Assembly (NCBI GenBank): GCA_976226885.1
Contig: OZ320317.1
Location: 49,042,001-49,106,000, forward strand
DNA: 64,000 bases
Direction of reading: 5' to 3'
From: Iphione sp. A-MEVVRFRX5
Lineage: Eukaryota
Below, piece by piece: positions 7,727 to 18,580 of the stretch. The first letter of the stretch is position 1. Each line of letters starts with the position of its first letter. The notes beneath the pieces are model-generated. The model did no database searches and was not told the DNA's origin. It worked only from the letters and a program-made list of their open reading frames with translations. A program made the translations under genes and the position numbers.

Positions 7727-10700
7727 CTATACTTTAATGCGTACCTGCAATCCACAAATGTATACCAACCTGAAAGTTAATACTGGCAAAACACGTTAGG
7801 TTAATCATAGTTATGACAAATCTTGATAGAGAATGACAAATGGAATCAAGAAATAAAGTTTCTATAGGAAAAACATGAGAATCCTTGAGAGGAGAAAGCG
7901 CTGTAAACTCCAAGGGGGAAGGTAATTGACCGATCGCCTTTTTACGTCATTATAACACAAAAAAAAGCACAACAATCATTGTAACTGGTAGAGAGACTAC
8001 GACAGTCTCTGGTAAAACTACGACAGCCCACATGCTGCCTGTACAAAAATCAAGATAGGCAGGGTCTTTCCACGCCCAAAACACACAATTTAATTGTCTG
8101 ATTTTAACAAAATCTATACCAAATTAAAGCTAAGGATCTAAAAAGAAAATGGTATAAAGATTGTCTTTCTATCTTAAATTACAAGCAGTTACAGCCTTGT
8201 AAAGTTCTGCTGCTCACTGGCTGCTCTCCCACGTAAAAGTAAATGTCATTTTACTGCAAAATGACGTAATATCTGCTTGGAATCGTGAGGGCACTAGAAT
8301 TGTAAGGTGTTTGTTTTAGTGCATTAATGTCTAAGAGTGTAATGTGTATCCTTTTTTATGTGTCAATACTTGTGTGAGTGCATCTTTATCTAAGCGACTG
8401 CTGCGTGTGTTTACCGACAACAGATAGTACAGTTGAATGCCTATTGGCAGCCACCACTTTGGTCCGAGCTTAAATGGTCGGATTAGTGATATTGGTTGCA
8501 AATTGGTCAAATCACCCGTATCATTGTCTACCAGTCAAATTTACATGAATTTTATCATTTCATTGCCAATTTTTAAAGTTACTTCAGTATAAACCTGTCC
8601 ACATATGGTAAAAACCCACTAATTTGCCGTATAAACCTGCTGATTCATGGTATAAACCCGACAGTCGCACGTAGACAACGAAAATATGTTTCCTTACACC
8701 TCTGCGCACCTTCTTTAATGGTCACACAAGCCCTCCGAGGGCTCCTATAGCTAGACATCGACATGAAAATAAGATAGAAATGACCCTATTTGTATGGCTG
8801 TAGGCTGGTTTTGGTTGCAAACTGATTAGGTTGCACACGGGTTATGTTACATATACTTAACATAGACAAAATACTTCCGTTCCAAGCTCAAATGGGTGGA
8901 TTGGTGGTTTGATCAGAATTTGGTTTGGTTGTAAATAAGTGTTCGACTATATTTGGTTCTCCATGAGCGGCTTCATGTGCTGTGCAAGTCTGTGTGAATG
9001 TTTGTCTTACTATATACATGTATTCTAAAGTGTATTTACGTGCGATTTTTTGCACGCTTGTTTGTTAAAATGAGTATGTGAACTTTTTTCCTGTGTAAGT
9101 TCCCTCTCTGCGCGTGAAGCTGAGAGGGTGCTGCATGAGTTGTTAATCACAGTGTAACTTTTCCTCTGGACGTGTGTTTTACGTATATCCATGGGCATGC
9201 GTGCTGCAACAGTCTTGATAGGCATCCTTGAAGAGAGAGCAAGTAAATATCTTTTATGTACATCTGTGTGTGTTTGTGTGTGCGCTCCCGAAAGGCGGCC
9301 GTGTTTCTTTGTGTGTGATCTTCCCATTGGTTCATCATCAGGTGGCTTTACGATGCAGGTGACAGATCAATCTCCGCTTATGAGCAAAAGCTATGGTAAG
9401 ACTAGTGAGCTGCTCGCCCGTCTCAGCCCCCTTTCATGCATCCATCAAATCACCCCGCCGCACCCAACCCAGTTTCATGTGCTCCACACATAAACATGCA
9501 CACACACTCACACTCCCTTCGTCTTGCTGATAAACAGGCACAAACAATGCCATTCAAAGCTTCGCTATCAGGCGAGGCAAACAGAGGTTGGCTGCCTCCG
9601 ATATAATGATCAGCTTGCTGGGTCCTTGTGGCTGTCGGCCGATTAATTGAATACCATTGCGAGTTGATAGACGAAAGGGACCCCCGTAATCCGTGGATAC
9701 CACATCCGTCGTCGGCTCGGCCATGTTTTAACGTCGACAGTGGAAGATAAGGGGGCAGTACTGTCGAGGGCCTGAGCCTTTCTTCTGTCGTTATCGTCGA
9801 GCAGCCAAGAAACCCCCCGCCATTAAACGATATTTTGGGCTCGATGAGTAGTGGACCTAGACTCTATCAATCCAAACTTCTGACCGCAGGTAGCACTCAT
9901 GGAGTCACGGTTCTCCTAATCTTGTGGCCGCTCATACATGTAAACGTCTCACGATCCACACACGTACACTTTATCATTGAGAGGAAATCACGGAGTCATT
10001 TCGTATGGTTCAGTGTGCACACATAGTCATAAATGTTCCCTTTCTGAGATGGACCAGAGAAAGTGCGCGAACGTGTATGCGAGCAGACATTGCAGCTAAA
10101 AGCCTAAAGTGCGCCATTACCCTGTCACGTTAGGCGGTATGGTAAGCAGGCCTGCACACTGGGAGGAAGGTCAGGAGGAAGGTCAAAGTAGGGTAGCAGT
10201 AATGCGTGGAGATTTGTGGAATAAAGAACACTATGTTAAAAGCCATACGCCTCTCCCATATTGTGATAAAAGGAAGACCCCCTTTTGAAAAAAAGGGAGA
10301 GATAAGGATCTGGAATAGCTCGCATAAATGGAGACGTGACACTTGAAAGGGGAACAGTTCACGGGGCCGATTGTGCTGCCAAGTCATTTATTGTTCGTTT
10401 GGATAACAAATGATTCCATTTACCTGTCACGCTTGGCATTCAACCACCTAGATTGCTAAGCCCGTTACTTCCACACCCTTGACGCATTGAATAGTATTGA
10501 ACGCTTGTCCTCCTACTATAGGAAGTAGCACCGTGGAGCCACACCATATGACATGCATGGAGACTTCCTGGCATGTGGTCTCTTTCTTTGTGTTAGTAAT
10601 TGTCTTCGTGTACAATGTAAATATGTATCGCAAAAGGTATCCTGCTACAGGGCGAATATATTTGGTAGCGGTTAGTAAGGAAATGAGAAGAAATAATTTG

Positions 10701-11261
10701 TGAATTCCCATCTCCCTTATAGACAATACGCCATTGATGGTCACTCCCCGATGAAATAACATATCTCTTTTCATGTTTGGTATTAAACGTTCAGCTGATT
10801 GAGAAAAAACACCTAGCTTATCTATAAGAACGCCTTGAAGGGCTCCGACAGAGAGGTGTGTACAGCATGGTGGAGGTGTTGGGTAGAATACATCAGTGCG
10901 CTAGAGTAATTAGCAGTCAGTTGGGTTTGGCATGTTGACATGCATGGATTTCCGATGTAGCAGAGGCAGCTAGCAATTTCCATCAGCACGACAGCCTTCA
11001 CATTGGCGATTCTTATCCTCCTATCTCCTTGCTTTATGTTATCCACCTTATTTTGCCTGGTTATTTTAATCCATGTTTAAGTTAGCCGTTTTAAGATACC
11101 ATCCTGTTAAGGCCTGATCTTACATATAAAAGACGTATACGATATATAATATGCTGATGAAACTCGCTGCGGGTCTTTCATTCTTTCTGTAAATCTTTCT
11201 CTGTTGCTGGTCCAGTTTTTCTAGTTCCCTCTGTCCATTTGTCCACAGCTCTCTCTTCCTT

Positions 11262-11314
11262 TGTCTCTGTCTCTGTCTCTGTCTCTGTCTCTCTCTGTCT
11301 CTCTCTCTCTCTCT
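11262..11314. repeat. (TGTCTC)n/(TC)n microsatellite
   Basis: Directly visible. Confidence 0.95.
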
Positions 11315-11561
11315 GATTGTATCTAGAATTCCAGTTTGAGTTTTTGTCATGCCTCGTGTCACACAATAAGTTCAGATGCTCTTTCAAAAAATAGTCCGCG
11401 GACGTACGGAGCTCCATGTGTTAAATTTGTTCACTCCCAGTCGAATCAGCCTATTTGGCAACTGAAATGACTTGTCAAGCCCGTGAGCGCATGTATATCC
11501 ATTAGATCATGAGTGTAACCAATAACCTATAATGGTGCCTGTAGTTCTAATCTCCTTGGGT

Positions 11562-11650
11562 AGGAATTAAGAAGGAGTTCATTACAGATGGGAAAGTCCA
11601 ATGTTAGAATTAAGACCGAGTTCATTACGGATGGGAGAATCCGATGTTAT
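11562..11650. repeat. ~43-bp tandem duplication
   Basis: gaattaagaaggagttcattacagatgggaaagtccaatgtta followed by gaattaagaccgagttcattacggatgggagaatccgatgtta. Confidence 0.8.
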
Positions 11651-11785
11651 ATATCCAGAGTAAAGCTTGTCCATTGACATTTACCAGCAAAGAGGTGGAT
11701 ATATGATAGAAATAGATGTTGGGGTAGACACCAAAACTCTTGAAAGCCAGTTGTGAATCAGATGGTTTTTATTGGGCAGATGTTT

Positions 11786-11821
11786 CCCGACGTTTCGTCG
11801 TGTGGGTGACTTCTTCAGGGG
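11786..11821 (-). ncRNA. Minimal type-I hammerhead ribozyme
   Basis: Minus strand reads CCC-CUGAAGA-A-GUC-acccacac-GAC-GAAAC-GUC/GGG: conserved core, 3-bp stem II, palindromic ACGU stem III, GUC cleavage triplet, 3-bp stem I. Confidence 0.8.
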
Positions 11822-12076
11822 TTGTGGTGTGTATGAAATGTCTGTATAAGGTACCTTTGAGTGCAGTTTGTGACCATTTTCTGTATAAGGTACACTTGAG
11901 TGCAGTGTGTGCCAAATGATGTTTGTGGCTGTACTGACTTGAGGTGTGTGTATTGTAATGCATAGATTTGTGTGCATGATACAATCGTGGAACCTTCAAG
12001 ACAATATTTAACTTTGAATTATGCTCGAAGAGAAAAAAACAGTAATACACATGTAAACAGTAAAGGTTTCAATTTT

Positions 12077-13373
12077 CTACATTCTCCTATTGGGTTTGAT
12101 CAGTCCGTACCCTACCAAGGATTTTTTTAAATCTTCACCTACATCTTGATTAACCTTATCCACTATTGTCAATAGGTCAAATAGTATCTCATTAGATGGT
12201 ACAAGATTATTGTGAATATGGTATCTGTTCCTGGGACTGGGCTTATAGATTTCACTGCTAACAACTGACTGACTAGTAGGTTCAGGTACGTATTCTTCTG
12301 GTGCTGTGTTTAGCGATATGAGGTCCTCCTCTTCTGGTAGGTGTACCGGTTTGGAATTTTCGGTGTTGTCGGGCGATAGCTGGCTGCTTTCGGTGGCTGT
12401 TGCGGTCTTGTCCTTGCTTGGCTCTACATCATCTTCATCATCATTGCTGTCTGTGTCTTCCTCACTGCTGCTGTCTGATTCTGACATCGCCAGGTCTTGG
12501 TCTAGGTTGATGTAAAGGCCATCATCGTCGCTTAGCTCAGGTAGGTGTATGGTGCGTGCTGGTCATTCTTGGCGGTCTTTGGTTGCTGGAACCACCAAGG
12601 TTGGAGATTTCTTCGGGGATTTACGTTTGATGCCCAGTAATGGATGTTGATGTCTGCCTGACTTCCTTATAGTAGGATCAGGCAGTTCAGGGCTCATCTG
12701 GATTACTCTTTTTTCTAACGTCTCATGTCTTCTTATACGTTCAGTGATGGATAGTAGTTTTTCTGTTGTTGGAGAGTTGTTGGGCGGTGCTTTGCTCACT
12801 GTTGCCGTGGCAGTTCGTGGGGGTGAATTGGATTGTCTCGGTGTGGAGTGTTCATGACTGGTAACAGGTGTTTTGATAGGGACTTCAGTCTCTATACATC
12901 GTTTCTTCTCCACTGGTTGTGAAGTTTCCACGGTTGCGGGGGTTTTTTCAATGGTTTTTGGGTTGTCTTTCAACTTGCCACTGTATGGTTGGACCTTTTG
13001 TTCTGCAAGTGAGAGGTTGATATATCAGTCAGATTTGATAGTTTTCTGGTGTGATGTGTTTTGCAGGAATAATACGCTTGTTTGATTTCACCTTTCTGTG
13101 ACATCTCACTTTGTCTATGATGGGTATTGAGATAGGGTGTTCATATTGGTGTAATCTTAGTGCATGGCATCTCAGTGTGCTTGGTCGTGTGAAGCTGGAT
13201 TGGCACAGAAAACACGGGTACTTACCCCGTTTGGACAGTTCTTCTTCATTTGTGTGAAGCTTGTTGAGATGTCGTAATAGGGCTCGAGTGCTGCAGAGCC
13301 ATTTGTTGCAGAAGGCACATTTGGCTGGTTGTTGGTGATTCTTCTTGGTTTTTGCTGTGCTTTGTTGAGGCAT
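12077..13373 (-). CDS. PLE-borne C2H2 zinc-finger protein. Predicted exon 1 13373-13226, intron 13225-13003, exon 2 13002-12077 with one in-frame TGA (12563-12565); unspliced form is a 114-aa two-finger protein
   Basis: CAFCNKWLCSTRALLRHLNKLH and CFLCQSSFTRPSTLRCHALRLH (both C-x2-C-x12-H-x4-H). Donor G|GTAAGT and acceptor CTGAC...ctctcacttgCAG are phase-compatible with ORFs 12563-12973 and 12077-12487, which are in the same frame. Confidence 0.7.
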
Positions 13374-13429
13374 CGTTGTTTGGGTGATGAATTTGCCGTA
13401 CGCGGCAAGCGGTGTTGCCGTCTGCGCGG

Positions 13430-13514
13430 TTATATATCCTTGAGTGCAGCTTGTGCAACTGGGTCATGGTTACGTCATGCTTACATCACAGTGATCCATT
13501 ACGTCATGACGTTA
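13430..13514 (-). promoter_or_regulatory. Internal promoter: TATA box plus ATF/CRE-like site cluster
   Basis: TATATAA at 13430-13436 (-), ~57 nt upstream of ATG 13373. Plus-strand TTACGTCA (13470-77, 13499-506), TTACATCA (13481-88) and TGACGTTA (13507-14). Confidence 0.55.
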
Positions 13515-13717
13515 CAGTTTGTTGTTGAGACCATGCGACGAGCGTGTTTCGAGAACACGTATCCAAGCTTCTTCTAGCCGGAGTCTATGATTTTTCGTGG
13601 TCGCAGAGTTGTCGATAATGGTGCAAATAATGTCGTTAGGATGTATGTCGTGATCATGCAAGTGTTTTACCACCGGTAAGTCCCTGTTCCTGATGGATAG
13701 TTGATATTTGTGTTCGC
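13512..13717 (-). pseudogene. C-terminal half of a PLE GIY-YIG endonuclease (5'-truncated at the EH motif)
   Basis: EHKYQLSIRNRDLPVVKHL...RLRLEEAWIRVLETRSSHGLN matches the EH...H...E..WI..L.T..P.GLN pattern of Penelope endonuclease C-termini. Confidence 0.8.
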
Positions 13718-15459
13718 TATGATAGAAATTCCGCATAGATTGACAGAGAGTTGTCCTTGTTGTATTTTTATATATCTATCTTAAAACTGAATAATGCTCT
13801 AATAATTGGCTGGTTATTATCATTACCATCTCAATTTCTTCCTTATATATAGAATTCGCTGTCTTATTTCCTCATAGATGGTTCTTAAAGCATTTGAAAC
13901 AAACATCTGATACACTACTTCAAAGTTGTATATTTGAATCACTAGGGGCAGTTATGAGCTATAGTTTGTCAGATTATGTGGCATTAGATGCTTTAACCTT
14001 CTCCCTTTCAGGTTCGCCTCAAAAGAGACGGCAGATATTCAAAGACGCCAGATTACCGTGGGAGAGTGGGGGAAGGACCCTCAACGTTTCCCACTTTTGA
14101 AGTGGTAGGAGCGTCATCCGCCTCAGTCGGTGAACCGCATGGAAGAAGAGGATGCATTGCAGTTGTTTGTTGGGCAATCGTAGGGCTTCGGCCGATACAA
14201 CAGTCCCCTTTCCCATCCGTACCGCCACAATTCTTCTGTTCTCGATCCTCCAACAAGTAAAGGCATAGAGTAAAAGAGTCTCAGGGGCTAGACAGTGTAT
14301 TTGTCATCCTCCTACTCCTCTTTGTGCTCCCACTCCCCTGCCCTTGTTAGCATCTCCTCTTTGCTGATGACAGCGGGTTAACTCTATAACCCGCTCATCG
14401 TGTGGCCGCCTGTAAGCACCACCACCACCACGTCCCCTTGTAACTGCCTGCCCGACAAGCTGCCATCTCGCCTGGCATCGGTTGTAGGCCGGCAGGCTCT
14501 GGTTGATTCTGCTCCCAATTCTCCTGTTTTCGCCCGTTCCCATCCGCTCCAGCTACCGCCTTCTCCTTTATCGAGGACATCAATAACGAGCTGCCCAATC
14601 GCTGGCATCGCTCTGGCCGGCCATATGCCAGGGCAACATGAACCAGGACGTTCTGCTAATTCTCTGGTATTCCTCCGACTAGCGGACCGTGTGCAGCCTA
14701 GCCAAGATATCATCATTAATGCTCGAACTGATGGGCCCCATGCCATAGGATTACACGCCGACCTTGGCAGTTACGTTATTGAGTACAAGGATGTATTATG
14801 TCGGGTTAAGGCTACCTGCCATTATTGATTACCTTGCTGATTGAGAGGAAGACATAGTTCTTCTCGTTCTCTCCTAGTTCTATATGCTGATTTATAGCCA
14901 CTATTAGCCGGCACATGGTACTTATCTCCCGCTCACCGTCCTCTATCAAACGTTGGAGTTTCGCAAGGGCTGCGTAACTAGTGTAGCCCTCAAACGCCTG
15001 TTTGAGAGAGGATCAAAGTGATGTAGTGAGGAAATAAATTGCTTGCAATAGGTAGTTCCTCTATTCATATGGCTACTTTGTCTTTGATCTAACTTCTTAA
15101 CCATTGCTAAAATGCCTTAGCCTAGTACGGCCGGTCTACTCTCATTGATTCCACAAATTCTGTTGCATGTCCTTAGATAATTACGATAATGATCACTACA
15201 TATGAGGTTTTACAAAGGAAACGAATTTCTCGAGAATCTACCTCGACAAAGGCTCATCAGGGATCAAAGGGAATTCGCGAATAGCAGCAAAGGCATGAAT
15301 AAAACAACTTTGCTGTACATCAAAACAGCTGAATGCAAAATTCTATACAGTCATGACTCGTTACCCAAACAACTGCCATTCCCACCAAATTCGTATGCAT
15401 ACCAGATAATCTGGTTGTAAAATGGGCATACTTGCTCCTCCTAGTGGAGGAAATTTTGC

Positions 15460-15595
15460 AATTAATGTTGTTTTAACCATGGCAGTATGAAAGAGAATCC
15501 CTCCTCCCCACATTGACGCCATGTATATAGTAGAATTAATGTTGTTGTAACAAATAGTGATATGAAAGTGAATTCCTCCCGGCCACATTGACGGT
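15460..15595. repeat. ~74-bp degenerate tandem repeat
   Basis: aattaatgttgttttaac...atgaaagagaatccctcctccccacattgacg is repeated as aattaatgttgttgtaac...atgaaagtgaattcctcccggccacattgacg. Confidence 0.7.
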
Positions 15596-16789
15596 CTGTG
15601 TTGTTTCTATGGTTAGGCGTCATGGCCTGCATGTTGCATGTATACATGAGAGTCAACTCCTTTGTTTTCTCTCGTATTCACCATGTCTAGTTTAAACAAC
15701 ATTAATTCTACTATAATTGTCTCTAAAAGTCGAAAACTCCACTATGGTCATGGGTACAGGCTGGGTAAATAGTATAGGCCTACTTTATAATAAAAATGGC
15801 TTGGTTCTCCTATTCACATAATATTGTGGTTAATGCAATTTTCCGGTTGTCGAGTCTCCAGTTAGTACGTCACGAATGTATAAGTACTATGACGGATCTT
15901 TGGGTAGACTGATGCAAATTTGTATACAGTTTTCAATATCCTCTCTGTCGTCTCTAATATTGATTTATTCTTTTGTTGGGGCTTTCCATTTCTTTACAGT
16001 TCCTCGCTCTTTTCTCCTCTGTCGGCTATGTCTAGACGGAAGTATTTTTTTCTCGAGAACACGTTAGACGCTGCGCCTCGAGGCAATCTATTACGAGCAT
16101 GTGTTCAAGGGAGGCAAGGCATGGCGGCCATTACAGGGGGTCGCCATGTCCACCAGTCCCACTAGGCCGCGTTTGATTCGGTCCGCTGGCGCTGATTGCT
16201 TGGAGCACCGCCTTTCGGCCTGTCATCCTATGTCCTTCAAGTCACCCTTACAGAAGTCATTACTACCAGGAGATTGTCCACTGGTACGAGCACTGTCAAG
16301 GTGCCTGTGAAATCCGGCATCAGCCTAAGAGATAGATAGAGGTACCAGGCGATGGTACGTGTACATTGATCGGGATCTTAGATTCAAACGAAACAACATT
16401 ATTTATACTGGATTTATACAAAAATAAGAGTAGATGGTTATCTCGCAAATCAATGTGAGCCCGGAAAATGCCATTCGGTATCGAATTTGCCAAACCATGA
16501 GACGAATACGTAACGTATGAATTAACAATCGTGATTGGCATTTGTGCTACGCGAGCAAGAAAACAGGACATCACAGCACATACATGTAATTTGCGATCTG
16601 CGACCTTGTCACAGTACCGAATAGGATTGATTTATGATATTGATTAAAGATGGAATGCTGGCAGTAGATTTCCATCTTGTTGCTCCAAGAACGATGTTTC
16701 ACGTTGATGGATTTGAACCCAATTACTAATAAATACGTTGCCTCCCATAGAATTTGTGTGTATTAGATTATTTTTTGATCACCTGAGGT

Positions 16790-17130
16790 GATCGTACGGC
16801 GCATGAAGAATTCCAAATAAAGGCACTTGCGGAGCACCAGTGTGAGAGAGGGCAATGGGTTATCGTGTGAGGGAGACAGCAAACATGTGAGGGTTACTAC
16901 TGGCTAAAGAACCATCAACGAGGGATGCAGTTGGCCGCCTGCGGCTCTGGCCCTGTGGGTCACGCCTCCTGGATCTATACAACAGTCAGTTTGGATCGAG
17001 ACCCTCGTCTATCACGAATTGCCGATTGCAACATCAGGGGTTAAGCAAGGAACACGCCATGTGATAATTACGCTCTCCACGGTTCACATTACACTTCCCT
17101 ACAGTACACCGGCATCGTATGTCGGGTGGA
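16790..17130 (+). pseudogene. Possible decayed SRCR-domain exon
   Basis: Manual translation: CERGQWVIV*GR...CGSGPVGHASWI...RIADCNIRG*ARNTPC...YTGIVC, resembling SRCR motifs GQWGTVC, GSGPIW, L.DC...GW...C and GVVC. Two stops. Confidence 0.35.
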
Positions 17131-17539
17131 GGAACGTCGGCACTTGTTTTGTTTAGGCGCATGCCACTTAATGCAGGGTATTCCATTTTGCCTCAGTGCT
17201 ACCAGAACATTAAAAAGTTCCTAAAATGAATATAAAGATAAAACAATCGTTACTTGATAAACTTACATTAAAAATATAGTCGAGGAGGGTTTCTCCTGCT
17301 TCTGTTTAACTCATTCTGTTGCAAACAGCTATATACTTTCTTACAGATAAAGACTAGTCGTACAATGAAATATAGGTAAACGGTACTTGTATATATTTGT
17401 ACTTGTGCAATTAATTACATTCTCTAAACTCTGCGCGAGTCGGAAAACCAACGCCTGGCGGTAATTACAGGCATGTTGATGTTTCACTACGCTTCTCGTT
17501 TGAATTCTCACTGTTCCTGCTAAATTTGATATTCATTTC

Positions 17540-17810
17540 AGGCTGCATTTTCTTTAATCCCTCCATCAACGATAGCACTGTGATTAAGAATATCCAAGCA
17601 GAAACCAATATTATTCTTGGGTGCTCACTGATAACCAGCTCAGTCGTAGAAATTGCAGAAACGGGTTCACGACTAACAATACTGTATTCGCTACTTTAGA
17701 TGCTAAAACAGAGAAAAACATTTGTGTAATACACGGAAAAAGCTTTCGTTGCTCACCGGGACTTATCCTCTTGGTTTCGGATAATGACAATGATCGAGGC
17801 AGCTTGTAAC
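17540..17810 (+). mobile_element. Decayed CR1/L2-group LINE ORF2 fragment
   Basis: With one frameshift: ETNIILGVLTDNQLS...IHGKSFRCS, resembling K.LGV.IDNKLSW...YKSF..S. Confidence 0.4.
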
Positions 17811-18069
17811 AGCAGAATGTACACAAAAACACAAAATAATCGTTTTCGTCTTTCTCTAACTGTACCACTAGGCATGATTTCTGTGCCGCGAGGGACTTAA
17901 AAATTGACCCGTTTTTTCGATTGATTGACTTTTTTTATGTTGCCTCTTGATTTGATAACATAATGAGATCTCCCAGCAAAATATGTAACATGTATACATG
18001 GTAGAAAGTGAATGCTTGAGCTCATAACGTATGGTTCAGGATCAAAATGGGATTAGGTTGGTAGGATGA

Positions 18070-18580
18070 TACATTGATAAGTTTGCAAAAAACACCTTAG
18101 TTTCTTCACAGGTGGTTGTAGCTTCCATAATGGGTCTAATCTATTCCATATCAATGCACCATGATTGATAAATGACTTCTTGTACAGAGAACATTTTGTG
18201 GCTTTTAATTTGCACAAAACTCCGCCTTGTTCTTTTCCTTGACTTTGCTAACTCTACCAGACCCAGTTGAACTAACCTATGCATGAGGAGTACCAACTGG
18301 ATGACTCCTTTCTCATACATTGGGACAAATTGTGGATTCTCCTCAGTGACATTGCTGACCTATCTGTGCGTAGGGTACCAACCTCAATTAACTTCAAACT
18401 ATGGTTATACAAGATCTGTAGTTCATCGACCAGTTTCTTACTTGATGTCACCATAAGTGGTAGTTCATATTCGTTTATGTCCTTCTTACTCTCGTACGTG
18501 CCTTTCAGTCCCTGTTCCTGTTCTGATGAACACTTTGTGTCTGGGCTGTAAATGAAGATTTTATTCATAAGGAGCAATTA
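18070..18580 (-). mobile_element. Decayed CR1/L2-group LINE 3' ORF2 fragment
   Basis: KKLVDELQILYNHSLKLI and, after a frameshift, LYKKSFINHGALIWNRLDP, the typical SF...G..LWN.LP C-terminus. Confidence 0.55.

Larger units (their letters stand above)
11702..13729 (-). mobile_element. 5'-truncated Penelope-like element with 12-bp TSD and an internal zinc-finger gene
   Basis: Direct repeat TATGATAGAAAT at 11702-11713 and 13718-13729 brackets a GIY-YIG C-terminal fragment, a ZF ORF, a hammerhead motif and AATAAA (11768-11773, minus strand). Confidence 0.85.

Noticed and set aside
10162-10185. AGGTCA direct repeat as a retinoic-acid response element
   Set aside because: Spacing is 6 nt (not DR1/2/5) and is explained by a 12-bp tandem duplication.
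11154-11185. CTGATGA as a second hammerhead
   Set aside because: No stem II followed by GAAA.
11120-11417. ORFs 11120-11362 and 11178-11417 (also 26070-26435 and 39459-39681)
   Set aside because: Produced by microsatellite or purine/pyrimidine low-complexity tracts.
13718-13736. MRNFYHS start of ORF 13512-13736, and tttctatcatAG as a splice acceptor
   Set aside because: This sequence is the TSD and flank; the element starts at 13717, so the start codon is fortuitous.
14364-14399. CTGATGA hairpin as a hammerhead or SECIS
   Set aside because: Lacks GAAA after the stem and lacks the 3' GA of the SECIS quartet.
17540-18580. Opposed LINE fragments as one twin-primed inversion
   Set aside because: Geometry is tail-to-tail and the encoded segments overlap, which fits two independent remnants better.
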